In this document: positions 24,350 to 37,189 of the stretch, piece after piece
Layout: each line of letters starts with the position of its first letter
Position numbering within the stretch: the stretch's first letter is position 1
NCBI RefSeq assembly: GCF_018977255.1
Contig: NW_024704742.1
Span: 135,472,001 to 135,536,000, forward strand
Reading direction: 5' to 3'
Length of the DNA stretch: 64,000 nucleotides
Origin: Callorhinchus milii
Taxonomy: Eukaryota
The notes under the pieces: model-generated
Told to the model about the DNA's origin: nothing
Databases searched by the model: none
Seen by the model: the letters and a program-made list of their open reading frames with translations, nothing else
Translations under genes and position numbers: made by a program

Positions 24350-25095
24350 ATATGGGGTAAGAAATCTTCCCACTCAGCTCCTGTTAACTCTACAACCAAA
24401 CCCCTAAAGGGTAGTGTGGTCCTAGCTGGACAAGAAGCAGGAAAGATTGCCAGACAGTGATATCGATGGGAAGCTATGTGGTTTTAGCTGGTTAGACTCC
24501 AGCAGTTACCCCAACACACACTCTGAGGTCCCCAAGCCTTGGCTTTTGCCAACCTGCGCCTAATATTTTCCAGAATTAGGTAAGCAGGCTGTGTCTTTCC
24601 AGGGAGAGAGCGAGTGCTTCCATTCCAACAATCTATCTCTGGAATTTCCATGTGTAGGTGGGATGTGTGGGATTCTCAGTTTGGATATTCTTAAGCAGCA
24701 GTGATGAGTTTCCACATGTTAGAAATTGGAGAAACTATTCCCACTGGTGGGTGGGTCAGTAACCCGAGGCCACCGATTTAAAATAGTTGTTAAAAGAAAC
24801 AGAGGGGAGTTGAAGAGAAATGTTTTCACACAGCGAGTGGGTTCTGGAATGCATTGGCTGAAAGAGTGGTGGAAGCCGATTCGATAACAACTTTTAAGAG
24901 AGAAGTGGATAATTATTTACGGGAGGACACGTTTTCAGGGCTGTGGGGAGAGAGCGGGGGAGTGGGATTGAGTGAATAGCTCTTTCCAAAGAGCCGGCAC
25001 AGACACGACGGGCCGAATGGCCTCCTTCTGTGCTGCATAATTCTATGATTCATTGATTGATTCTATGATGTATCAGACATCCGGCTGAACAAAAA
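24350..25095 (+). repeat. Family X repeat (longest + copy) split by a CR1 insertion
   Basis: Family X sequence at 24350-24720 resumes at ~25070 (tatcagacatccggctgaacaaaaa). Confidence 0.8.
24721..25068 (+). mobile_element. CR1 LINE 3' end
   Basis: TRGHRFKIV...KRNVFTQRV..FWNALAERVVEADSITTFKREVD; gggccgaatggcctccttctgtgctg followed by (ttctatga)n. Confidence 0.9.
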
Positions 25096-25694
25096 TATTT
25101 TAAAAAATTCTACAGTACTCTGACCAATAACTGAAGCATGTGGAAGAATGATGATAATTACATTTTGTTGTATTCAGTACAAGTGTTTAATGTATTTAGA
25201 CATCCAGAGGATCAGTGTGAGTAATACTACTAATATTAATTCTTGCATTTGATATAGCGCTTCACAGGTTATACTGTAAAGTGTAGTGACTGTGTATTTT
25301 GTCGGCGAAAGAAGGCAGCCCATAGCACACAGCAGTGTCTCACAAAGAGCCGTGGATTGAGTGACCAAATATTTTTTAGGCATTGTTGCTCAGTGGGTAG
25401 CGCTGTAGCCAATACGTCGTTAGGTTTGCAGGTTCAAGCCCCACATCGTTGCTTTGGACTGTCTCTCCAGTGCAGTGCTGGCGGGGAGAGTTACATTGCC
25501 GGAGGTGTCGTGCTTCGGATAAGATTGTTAAACGAGTTCCCCATCTGTGCCTGTTCAGATGGACATCAAAAGATCCCTTTGTACGATTCGAAACCTAAAG
25601 GGAATTTCTCTCCCGTTATCCTGGCCAACAATCCCCCCCTCAGGAGTCATTCACTTCTCGACTGTTTGAGGGGTATGGCTGTGCGCATTTATTT

Positions 25695-25900
25695 TTTGGT
25701 CAGTCGGGTGTCTGACCCATCACCATTGCTTAAGAGTCTCCAAACCAAGCTGAGAATTCCACGCATCCCACGTACACATGGAAATCCCAGAGATAGTTTG
25801 TGGGAATGGAATGCGCTCTCTCTCCCTGGAGGAACGCAGATTGCTTACCTAATTCTGGAAAGTATTAGGCGCAGTTGGCAAGAGCCAAGGTTTGGGGGAG
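25695..25900 (-). repeat. Family X repeat, 3' part
   Basis: Reverse complement of 61525-61735. Confidence 0.85.
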
Positions 25901-26322
25901 CCCAGAGTCTGTGTTGATCTCATTGGTGTTCTTTTGGCTTTTGAGTAATTGCTCAGTTTCTTTGGTCCATTTCCAAACCCAATGTGAAAAGGTGCTATAT
26001 CAAATGCAAGGATTATTATTATTATGCAACTCAGAACCCACGGCTTGTGTTGTAGCTTATCTGAGATCGATGTGCCATGCTGCCCTCATTCAAAGTGTTA
26101 ATATGAACGGCTAATTGTCCCTTTGGAGATATCGTGCAACGATTCTTGTTTAAAGATTAAGATCAGAGCTTTCTTTTGTGACACAAACAATTGCTTGCAG
26201 TTATGAGTCTCTGTATTTTTCGAGCACTGAGTTTTTTTTTGCGCAGTACACAGAACATTAATAGCGAGCACCAAATTTAATGTGAGTTTTAAAAAAAAAA
26301 CTCTTTTACTCTGCCTTTATGC

Positions 26323-26748
26323 AGTCCCGTAGAGTAGTGGATAGTTTGCTTGCCTCAAGCAAGAGGACCTTGGTTTGATTCCCGGGCGAAACGAAACCTT
26401 GCACTGACTGTCCAGCGCATTGGGACATCCTCCCGACGTGAAAAGCGCAATACAAACCTAATTTTTTGTTGTTGGGCAAGTTTCCTTACTCCACACGCCT
26501 CCTCTTTTTACCTAGCAGCAAGAACCCAGTTGGGAGTAACTTACCTAATCGCTTTCCGGACATAGTAATTCCCTAAAAAAATGGTCACTCAATTCACAAC
26601 TGTTCGTGTGACACTGCTGTGAGCAATTGGCTGTTGAGTTTTGCCCACAAAATTCACAGTCAATCCACTTTACGATATATTCTGTGAAGCGCTTTGAGAC
26701 GACTCGATGAAGTGGTCAGGCGCTATATCAAATGCAAGGATTATTATT
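26323..26748 (+). mobile_element. SINE family A
   Basis: Head, body and tail present, with an L2-tail fragment inserted at ~26400-26472. Confidence 0.8.
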
Positions 26749-27135
26749 TACCATTTTATCACTGAGTGCTCTGCGTACCAGCAGAATGCAGCTATTTGAA
26801 GGCTGGCAGATTTATCATTCAATCGCACGATTATGTATATCTATCATCGATGTATAATCCCAATTCTCACCCGGCTCCACTGGCTCCCAGTCTCCAAATC
26901 TTCGATCTCAAGACACATACTCACACACACATATTGCTTCATGTCCAAGCACCTCAATATCTCTCTGACCTGCTCCTCTGCTCCCCACTTCCCTCCCTCC
27001 GCTCGGCTGATTCCAGCCTCCTGCTTGATGCTTGGTCCTCATCCCCTCTGAGCCACCATCGGAAAGTGTTTGCAATGAATTGGTTGTCTGATCAAGATGT
27101 TATCTGGAACCATTTGTTCTCCCAAGGCTATGGGA

Positions 27136-27327
27136 TGTATTTTGTGCGTTGTGTGCAAACCACGTGTTAAGTGCATTGTGTACGGAGCAGAATTACAGGT
27201 GCCCTTAATTGTGTAATTAACGAATAATGTAATCCTTTTTGTTGGTAGTTAATCACATCATTAAGGGCACCTGCAGTGCTCTCCGCACACAATGTGTTTA
27301 CATGTGGTTTACACATCTCGTATAATA
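27136..27327. repeat. Long imperfect palindrome, probably an ancient DNA-transposon-derived element
   Basis: Arm 27136-27221 is reverse-complementary to 27248-27327 (for example caggtgcccttaat/attaagggcacctg and aaaccac/gtggttt). Confidence 0.8.
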
Positions 27328-27519
27328 GGCCCCGATTTCACTCGCCAGCAACCATACATTTACATTATTACCTGGTTAAAAGGTGTAGCTGAGGAAAGTC
27401 AAAAAAGGATTTCAACTTATGTTTCTCCTCCCTCTATTATTCTATCAATCCTCACATTTTATATCGTGTATCAGCCTGGCTCAGTCGCTATCTACCCTGC
27501 GCATCTGAGTCAAGCCTTT

Positions 27520-27752
27520 GTGACTTAATATGACTTATGCAAAGTATGAGTTATGTGAAACTAGCATAAGTTATAGGAAATTTGACAGGACTTGGGCAGA
27601 TTTACGACTTATGTGATTTATACAGATCAAACTTATATGAGTTTTACTGTACTTTGTACTTCCTGGAAATTGTACTTGAATAACTGGTCAACTCTGATAA
27701 GTAGTCATTTGAACTATTACCCATGGGATGATGAGTTATCAGAGTTTCACTG
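27520..27752. mobile_element. Tigger/pogo-type MITE fragments nested in a family B SINE
   Basis: Termini GAGTTTTACTG+TA (27639-27651) and GAGTTTCACTG (27742-27752); gacttatg subterminal repeats. SINE head at 27468-27515 resumes at 27753. Confidence 0.6.
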
Positions 27753-29162
27753 CAGTCTAAGCTGGCGCTCCAATGTAGTGCTGTGGGGGGGGTGTTGTAT
27801 TGTCAGAGGTGCTGTCCTTTGGATGAGCCGTTGAATGAGGTATCTTCTGTGGGTTTTTGTTTCATGGCTGTATGTGGGACAATACTGCGTGCAAATTATC
27901 TGTCGCGTTTCGCCCACAAAATACACGGTCAATTCACGGTCAATTCACTTTACAATATATTCCGTGAAGCGCTTTGCGACGTCTCGAAGGCATGATAAGG
28001 CGCTATGTCAAATGCAAGGATTATTATTATTATTATCGCCTGAGATGTTAAACCAAGGTCCCTCTGTCTGTCTCTGTCAGATGGACGTTAAAGATCCCAA
28101 GGCACTACTCGAAAAGAGAACATACTTTATAAACAGGAAGTCCTATTGCAGATGCAGCAAAAAAAAACTCTGTTTCCTGATGATTAATAATACTGCTAAT
28201 AATAATCCTTACATTTGGTATAGCGGCTTTCGGTTTGGGAGGATGCCTCAAAACTCTTCATTGTACATACTGTAAAATACAGTGACTGTATCTTGTGGCA
28301 GCAAATTTACGCACAGCAATATCCCACAAACAGCCACTAAGTAAATGATCAATTTTATTTGGGTAGTTGTCAGCCAGGAAACCGAGAGAAACTACAGCAT
28401 CTGTGGTAAATTGCCTTTGATACCCATTCAGAAAGGCAAGCAGAAGAGGATTGGGTTAGGGGGTGAGGGGCAGAGAGAGAGAGAGAGAGAGAGTGGAGGG
28501 TGGTGGTGGAGTGGGGGCAACTTTTCCTTTGCCCTTCGGCTGAAACGTTAAACCGAGGTCACGATTGCCTGTTCAGTTGGACGTTAAATATCCCGTAGCA
28601 CCTTCTGAATAAGAGAAGGGAGTTTCTCCCTGTGGACTGGCTTAATAAATGAATCATAAATTGATATATGGATAAACCATTTCACAGTAAAATCCTGTGA
28701 AGTACTTTGAGACGTCCTCCCGATGTAAAATTCTTGTTTTTTTATTTAAATTATTCCCTCCTCGAATAAATATATAACCGATGTCTTTCTGATACTTACC
28801 ATAATTGTGCGGTAAATGCTATTGAGTTAGTGCACATTAAGCTTCTGTCTGTTAAGATCATATCTGTGTATATTGCTGTGTGTGTGTGTTACAGGAATAG
28901 TAGTCCCAATGTAATATGTTTAATGTCTACTCATCCCCTAATACTTTATTTTCCTTCAGATCCTCTTTCAGTGCAATTTACTTGACCTGATCATATTAAC
29001 ATTCAGGTTAAACCGCTTTTTATTTTAATACATATATATATGTTTTTTAAATTTTTTGATCGCACTTAAAATGTTTACTGAGATGAGAATAAAATCGTTT
29101 ACTTTTTTTATTTTGACAATAATATTTGCCTAAGCTTAAGATCCAGGTTCCGATCCACGTTT

Positions 29163-29487
29163 GGAGCCCTGTAGCGTAGTGGTTGGAGCGCTCGCCTCGC
29201 AGGCGAGAGGACCCGGGTTCGATTCCCAGGCAAGTTTCCTTACTCCGAACACCTGATCACATAGCGGCAAGTAAGAACCCGGTTGCTAGGGTTAGGGTTT
29301 GATTAGCAGATCACTTTTTTTAAAAAAAGTAATAATAATAATTTGGTCACTGATTTCTACGACTATTTGTGGGACATTGTTGTGCGCGATTTTGGCTGCC
29401 GCGTTTCGCTCACAAAATACACAGTATATTCTGCGAGTACTTTGAGACGTCCTGGTAAGATGCTATATCAAATGCAAGGATTATTAT
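29163..29487 (+). mobile_element. SINE family A
   Basis: tagcgtagtgg A-box, ggttcgattcc B-box, family tail. Confidence 0.85.
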
Positions 29488-30894
29488 GAGACACGCAGCG
29501 GCCACACTGACCAAAGCAAAAGTAAAATAATAATCTGGGGTTACAATTCCTTCGCAGAAGTATGTCGGAATCGGGGTTGGGATGGGGTGGGGGGAAACAC
29601 TAGACGTTTTTTTGATTATATTACGGGTATTTATTTTTAAAAGAATCCACCATGCATTGTCCTGCTGTTCTGTAGTTTCGTGTTGTAATATTGGGATTTT
29701 AAGACACAATTAAAATCAGCTGTTGGAGGCATCTCCCAGGCTAACCGAAGGCTGAAATGGACTGAATTTTTCTTTTAAAAAAATCCTGCTGAATTCATCG
29801 GGATAGCATGTGTGGAGGACCTGGTTTTCCTTCACTCTTTCTTGAGTGTGCACACAGAAATGGGAGTACACACACACAATGCCCACGCACATATACACGT
29901 CCATAGATGCACACACAGACATTCACAACACAGACTCACATATAGACATACACGCACAGCGCCCCATACACAGCACTGACCACATTGACAGACACGCACG
30001 CATAGATGCACATATACAAGACACACATATAGACACACACAACACACACATAGATATGTAATTACAAATGTAATTTTGTATTGTTTTGTATTGTATATAG
30101 ACAGACACACACAAGGCCCCAGACATGCACATGCAGGCACATGAGCGCGCACACGCAAACCTGTGTTAAAACCCACGTCTAACCAAAGAAAAGACTCCCA
30201 AACCCAGTGTGTGCACAAAAGAAAAAAAAAAATCTTGCAGAAGAAGAATTTTCAGTTAATTGTGATGCATTTGCTGAGCTCCTCGATTCCATTGTCAAAT
30301 ATTCGCCATATGGTCTAACATGGAACATTTAACTTGTCAGAAGTAATGGATTGTTCTGGGGGAAGCATTTTTCCGCTCAGAGCGCAGGTCCCCGTTTCCT
30401 CGCGCTGTCATTCGACTGCACGGCTTCGGGGCAGCAATGTGGAGGGATTTTATTTTGTGTCGTTTGTAGAGTACGTGGGGAAGCGAAGGTGGGGGGAACG
30501 GTATTGCACGTCCAAGTTCTTCCCCCCCCTCCACCACACTCTGTCCCACACTCCCCTCCATCTTTGAGCGCACAATCTACTTGCAATGGAATTTTTTTTT
30601 GCAACGGGTGAAAGGGATGTTACATTATATTATCCTCATCGCCAGGCTGTCGGGACTGACTGCACACCGGGAAATGGTTAATATTAAAGCACTGACAATG
30701 GCTCTGTTGAGATGCAAAGCTCTCCATCCTCTCTCTTCTCCCTCCTCCTCTCTCCCTCCACTCCTCTCTCCCCGCCACTCCTATTCTCTCTCCTTCTTTN
30801 CCCCCTCCTCCTCTCTCCCCTCCTCTCACCCCCACCTCCTTTGCCCTTTCACCAAGTGAAAGGTTTAATACTTTTTAAAAAAAAACTGAATTCA

Positions 30895-30977
30895 CTGGGA
30901 ACGCTCAGCAGGTCAGACAGCATCTATGGAGAGAGTTATGAGTTAACGTTTCAGGTCGATGACCTTTCATCAGAAGT
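30895..30977 (-). mobile_element. Penelope-like terminal-repeat fragment containing a minimal hammerhead motif
   Basis: Minus strand: actt-CTGATGA-a-aggtc-atc-gacct-GAAA-c-gtt-aact. Confidence 0.6.
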
Positions 30978-31140
30978 TCCATGGAGTGAGAGGATCTTGA
31001 ACCTATATTGTGCGGAAGGCGCTATTAATGGATGAAAGGCTACTGGCCAACACTACTTACATAGAATGCGATGGTTTATTAATTTCTTTGAGCCTCCTGA
31101 GGTTGGCATCACCTGAAGGGGCTGCAGCGAGTTCGGACTG

Positions 31141-31500
31141 AATAATCATCATCCTTGCACTTGATATAGCGCCTTATCACTGTGTCTCAAAGCGCTTCAC
31201 AATATACTGTAAAGTGAATTGACTGTATTTTGTGGGCGAAACACGGCAGCCAATTGTGCACAGCAGCGTTCCCACAAACAGATGCAGATTGAAGTGACCA
31301 TATAATTAATTTTTTATTATTATTTACGTATTTAATTTTGAAGGGATTATTACCCCCAGAAAGCGATCCACTCACAACCAGGTTCCTACTTACTACTATG
31401 TAAACAGAGGCATGTGGAGTAAGGAAACTTGTCTAAGGTTTCGCCCTGTCCGGGAATCGAACCCGGATCCTCTCGCTTGTCCACTGAGCGAGAGGACTCC
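31141..31500 (-). mobile_element. SINE family A
   Basis: Near full-length reverse copy. Confidence 0.85.
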
Positions 31501-31982
31501 ACTTGAAGCTAATCCTCAACTTTTGCCAACGCGCTTTTAATCGTGACCATAAAACAAGCTAAGCGAGAATCCGTTCTTGCGCTTTAAGCGTATTCTGGGT
31601 TGGGGTGGGGGCGCGAAGAGAGAGAGAGAACTTCCAATGAGTAGTTTGCGTCTAAATTATTTACAGGCAAAGGGCTCTGGAGGAGTTTCGCCATCTGCAG
31701 GTTTAACACTTTTTTTCTTAGACACACACAAGAGAGAAAAAAAAACTTAGTTATTTCTGTCACCAAATATTCTCCCTTCCACTCTTTGGTATATTGTACG
31801 GCTCTTTTTTTGTCGTCGTTCTGTTTTTTTCCCCTCCTCCTCCTCATCACAATCAGTGGCCAAGCTTTCAGTCTTTACACCTCCTCCTCTCCCCTACCCC
31901 AACTTCTGGAGTTCTTTGCCCTAACCCTGCACCTCACATCACCTCTCTCTCTATCCGTCTTCAAATCCCGCCTGAGAACCTG

Positions 31983-32337
31983 TGGAGTCCTGTAGCTCAG
32001 TGGTTAGTACGCTCGCTTTGAAAGCGAGAAGACCTGAGTTTGATTTCTGGGCAATGCGAAACATTGGGTAAGTTTCATTGCCCCACACACCTCTGTTTAC
32101 CTAACAGTATGTAGTAACCCGGTCGTTAAGTCAATTGACCGATTGCTTTTCTGCGGGTAATGATAATTGGGTCACTCAATCCACTGTTTGTGGGACACTA
32201 CTGTGCCCGATGGCTGCCGCGTTTGACCTTCAAAATATGCAGTCAATTCACATTACAGTGTATCCTGTGAAGCGCTTTGAGACGTCTGAGAGACATGGTA
32301 AGATGCCATATCAAATGCAAGGATTATTATTATTATT
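31983..32337 (+). mobile_element. SINE family A
   Basis: ggagtcctgtagctcagtggttag head through aaatgcaagg(att)n tail. Confidence 0.88.
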
Positions 32338-32914
32338 GGAGCAGGCAGGGCGGGGGACATGGACCAGGCCAGTGCCTGCCGGGGAGAGGGAGAGGGTTAG
32401 TTCGTAACGTTTTAGAAGGTCGCAGAGGTAGGGAGGAGCAAGACCAGGGTCGGGGGGCGCTTTAAAAGTGAAGTGTTCTTCCGAAAGGCAACGCCTCCGA
32501 CAATGTGGTCCACTTCTCCTCACCCCGGCTCAGCGCTGGAGCATCGAGCCCAATTTCCCTTGCTCTCCCTTTTGGAAGAATCATCCTCAGTCTGTGCATT
32601 GCTCCTCAACACATTTCCCCCTGATCTGACTTGATTAGAGAGAGCTGGGACACTGCATTCTGATGAGCAGCTTGCTCTTATTTTGAAAAGTCAGGGATGG
32701 TGGTGTTACTCAATGCTAATCTGACATTTATGTGTTATCTCCTGGAGAGCCGTGTTGCTAAAATTCGTGCATCTTTTTTTCATGCAGTGGGTATTTTTAC
32801 CCCGCAGAACAGTAACAAGGTACTTAAAAAAATTTAAAAAAAAATATTCTGTCCTTCAGTGCCCTCAAATCTATACAGTGTTCAATATCTACCCCATTTT
32901 CAGTGCTCTTTTGT

Positions 32915-33510
32915 GTGTCGTCTTGGCTTAGTTGGTTGCGCTCTATCGCCTCTGAGTCAGAAGGCTGTGGATTGAAGCCCCGCCATGTTTGACTATTACA
33001 TAGTCTAAGCTGACGCTCCAATGCAGCGCTGGGGGGTTTGTTGCATTCTCAGAGGTGCCGTCCTTCGGATGAGACGTTAAACCGAGGTCCCAGCTGCTGT
33101 TCAGGTGGATGTTGAAGTTCCCATAGTGCTATTCGAAAAGAGAAGGGAGTTTTTCTCTCCCCCTAACCTGACCAACAATCCCTCAAATAAAAAAATTGGT
33201 TACTCTCTCCATGGCTTGGGGGAGGACAAGTTTGCAGGGCGATGGGGAGAACGCGGGGGAGTGGGATTGAATGAGCTGAATGGCCTCATTCTGTGCTGCA
33301 TAATTCTATGATTCTATGGCTGTTTGTGGGACGCTGCTGTGCGCGAACTGGCTATCGCGTTTCACGTACCAAATACAGTCATTCCACTTTACAGTATATC
33401 CTGCAAATATATATACTATATTTATTATATATTATTATCCTGTAAAGCGCTTTGAGACGTCTCGATCCGTGAAAAGGACTTATATTAAATACAAGGATTT
33501 TTATTATTAC
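32915..33510 (+). mobile_element. SINE family B (DeuSINE-like) with a nested short CR1 tail
   Basis: gaggtgccgtccttcggatgagacgttaaaccgaggtcc Deu-type core; CR1 tail at ~33225-33316. Confidence 0.85.
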
Positions 33511-35225
33511 AGAACAGCTTATGTTTATATACATCCCTTCACGCGAGCAGCGTCTCAGAATGCTCTCTGTTTCAGCGTTTAAAATAAAATCCTCTGTCTG
33601 ATGCACCATCTTATTATGTGGGGGGTGGGAAAGACATCTCAAAGCACTTTGCAGGATACCCAGTAAAATGTAGCGACCACCTGTTTTGTAGGCAAACACG
33701 GCAGCCACATGACACAAAGAGACATGAAGTGAATGACCAATGTTATGCGGGTGTTGGTAGGGTGGATGGGTGGGGGTTGGGGGAAGAATTGTTGGCCACG
33801 ACATTGGTGGGTAGAGGGGAAGAAACTCCCTTCCCTTTTTCGAATAGTGTTCTTGTAATAATATAATCCTTGTATATGGAGCTCCTCCCGACGTGACAGG
33901 CATAATTTTGAGTGGTTGTTGCATTTGATATAGCGCCTTTTGACGTCGTCAAGACACCAACAACAACTTGCACTTGTTTAGTGCCCTCCACTTGATATCA
34001 AGCGCTCTGAGACGTATCAAAGAGCTTCAAAAAATATACTATGAAGCATAGGGGCATTTTGCAGAAGAGGGAGCAGGCATTGAAACCATTGGAGTTGACC
34101 ACTGTTCCTGTGGAAACTGAGAACATAATAATAATACCACTACTGATAATAATAACCCTTGCATTTGATATAGCACTTTATCCCGTCGTTGAGACGTCTC
34201 AAAGCCCTCCACAAAATACACAGTGAAGTGAATTGACGACTATGTGTTTTGTGGACTAAAAGGGCACAGACGGGGAACCTGGATTTAACGTCTCATCCGA
34301 CGGGACCCCTGGGGAGAAGCATTGCCTTTGCTGGGTGGGTAGCCAATATTTCCGGTCGGCGGGAGAGCAGTGTCCAGTGAAACAGAGGACTCTTGTTTCG
34401 AGTGACCTCCGCAGGCTGTTGGGGTGTTTGGCTGAATGCGTGCGAGGAGAAGGTGGGTGGGTGGGTCAGGGTGGGAGAGGATGTTTCACTGCTGCCAAGT
34501 GTAATTTGCAGGGTAGAAAACAACAGAGCACAGACCAGAGTTCCTACTGTGAGCAGGCGAGCATTTCATACTCTCCTCTCTCCTGCCAGCTCCGATCAGA
34601 CCACCCAAAACGAAATAATATTATATAAAAAAAAAACTTTCTTGGCCGGCGAGTGTGTGATTTGTTCGGCTGATAGCACTTAGCAAATCTCTTCTTCGTG
34701 CCAGATTTGGGTTGTCGCCGGAGGTGGTGCGTGGTTGGATTGTTTGGGGGGCGCGGTGGGGTGTTGATAGGGTGGGGGAGGCTTGTATTTGCTTTTAAGA
34801 CGCGTTTAGAATAATAGTAATAATTCTTGTATTTGGTATTATGCCTTTCAGTGGGAAGACGTCCCAAAGCACTTTCACTGTAAAGTGTGTGTGTGGGGGG
34901 GGGGGGTGTGGAGAGGTGGGGGCCAAAAATAGTAATCCTTATTACTATTGCATAGTAATAATGCATGGAATTCTCAGTTTGGCTTGGATATCCTGAAACA
35001 TGGTGATGGATTTCCGTGTCTGACCCCCAAAAAGTCCTGATGAAATACCTCTTATCATTGTCCTAGTTGACAATCTCCACACCCCCACCCCCCAAAAATT
35101 AACAGTGGTTATTCATTTCAAGGGGATGTTTGCGGGGACGTTGCTGTGCGCAAATGGGTTGCCGCGGTCACTGTGAGGACACAGTCACTGCACTCTACGT
35201 TACATCCTGTGCAGCACTTTACAAA

Positions 35226-35578
35226 ATAATAATCCTTGCATTTGATACAGCGCCTTGTCAAGTCGATGAGACGTCTCCAAGCGCTTCACAGAATATACTG
35301 TAAAGTGACTGTATTCTTTATGGGTGAAACGCGACAGGCAATTGCGCACAACAGTGTCCCACAAACGGTCGTGGATTGAGTGACCAAATTATTATTATTA
35401 TTCGTGAAGGGGGGATTATTACCCCCAGAAAACGATCTGTCAGTCGATTAATAACAGGGATCCTACTTACTGTTACGTAAACAGAGGTGTGTGGAGTAAG
35501 GAAACTTGCCTCAGGTTTCGCCCTGCCCGTGAATCGAACCCGGGTCTCCTCGCTCTAACCACTGAGCTACAGGACTCC
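35226..35578 (-). mobile_element. SINE family A
   Basis: Reverse copy ending ...accactgagctacaggactcc. Confidence 0.88.
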
Positions 35579-35744
35579 GCTCTCTTGCTAGCTACGAGGC
35601 TGGTATGGACGTGTTATGGGAGGGGGGAGGAAAGGGTGGGCAAATGGCGCTGAAGGGACGGGTCTTAAAGGAGCTGACGTAGACACAATGGGCCGAATAG
35701 CCTTCTTCAGTGCTGTAAATCTCTATGGTTCTATGAGGCCTCAG

Positions 35745-35910
35745 ACTCATCCCTCCAGGAGGAGAGAGAGCGCATTCCATTCCAACACTCTATCTCTGGG
35801 ATTTCCATGTGTAGGTGGGGTTCATGGAATTCGCAGCTTGGTTTGGATACTCTCAAGCACGGTGATGGGTTTCCGCACGTGTCAGACACCCAGCCGACCC
35901 CCCCAAAAAA
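35745..35910 (+). repeat. Family X repeat, 5'-truncated
   Basis: catccctccagg...gtgtcagacacccagccgacc followed by a C/A tail. Confidence 0.85.
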
Positions 35911-36619
35911 CTGGTGTGACCCCGAAGTGTTAAAAAATAATAGTAACTTGGTCGCATTGAGAGTCCTCCCAACGTGAAAGGCGCAATACAAATGTAATTG
36001 TTCGTTGTTGGGCAACTTTCCTTACTCCACACGCTTCTTCTTTTTACCTAGCAGTAAGAACCCAGTTGGTAGTCTCTTGCCTAATCGCTTTCTGGGGATA
36101 AATATTCCCTAAAAAAACACATGTGGTCACTCAATTCACGACTGTTTGTGGGACACTGCTGTGCGCAACTGTTGTGTTTCGCCCACAAAATTCAGTCAAT
36201 TCACTTTACAGTATATTCCGTGTGGCGCTATGAGACGTCTGGAAGATGCAAGGATTATTATTGTTATTTAATAATATGCATTCTCCTAGTTTAGCCAGAA
36301 ACTGCGCCCCCCCCCCCCAACCCACCCTCCACACCCTTTGCGCCGTACAAACACTGCTCTATTTCCACAGCCGTTGTATTTGAAGGCAGTATATCTCAGC
36401 ACACAAAGGCTAATAAAAACATTTGTTTTCCAACGTCAATAAAGCCCATTCAGGGCTGAATTCCTTTGTGGCTTCTCTGTGTCACTTTCCATTATTTATT
36501 GTCTTTATGTCCCCCACCCCCCCCCCTCTCTCCCCACTCCCCCCACCACCACACCCACCCCACTCCCCGCTCCGTTCACTTAAAAGTTTCTTTTGTCCCA
36601 AGTTCTTTCCCCCTCCCCC

Positions 36620-36880
36620 TCTCTCTCTCTCTCTCTTTGTTTCTTGCTCCTGTTTTCTGTTTCTATCACTGTTTCTTGTTAACTCTCTGTTTCTCTCTCT
36701 CGCTCTCTCTCTTTGTTTTTTCATTCACTCTCTCTTTGTTTCTCTCTCTCCGTCTCTTCATCTCTCTTTTTCCCTCTCAGTCTGTCTCTTAATCTCTCTC
36801 TCTTTGTCTGTCTCTCTATCTTTCTACGTCTCTTCCTCTCTCTCTCTCTCTGTCCCTGTCTCTCTATTCCTCTCTCCCTC
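36620..36880. repeat. CT-rich simple repeat
   Basis: Degenerate (CT)n tract. Confidence 0.85.
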
Positions 36881-37189
36881 ATGTGTAAATCTCGCTTCCT
36901 CGCAAATACTTCTACACAATCTGATTCAACCACCGATTCAGGCATCGAGTTCCACAATCTCACTGCCTTCTGTGTGAAGTTTTCTTTCAGATTTCCTTGT
37001 CGCTATCTTTTTGTGTCCCTTGGTTTCAGACTCCCCGACCAGTAGGAACAGCCAATATATGCTTTGCTTATCAAACCCTTTTATCATTTTAAACACCTTC
37101 TACTCTCTAGCACAGAAAACAGCCTAACCTATCCAGTCAATCCGGAGAGCAGTAACCTCCCAACCGTGGCTTCATAACACCAACGAGAA

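Noticed and set aside
29286..29300. ctagggttagggttt telomere-like motif
   Set aside because: Only about two units, inside a SINE; chance or local slippage.
30800..30800. Single N base
   Set aside because: Assembly ambiguity in a CT-rich tract; not biological.
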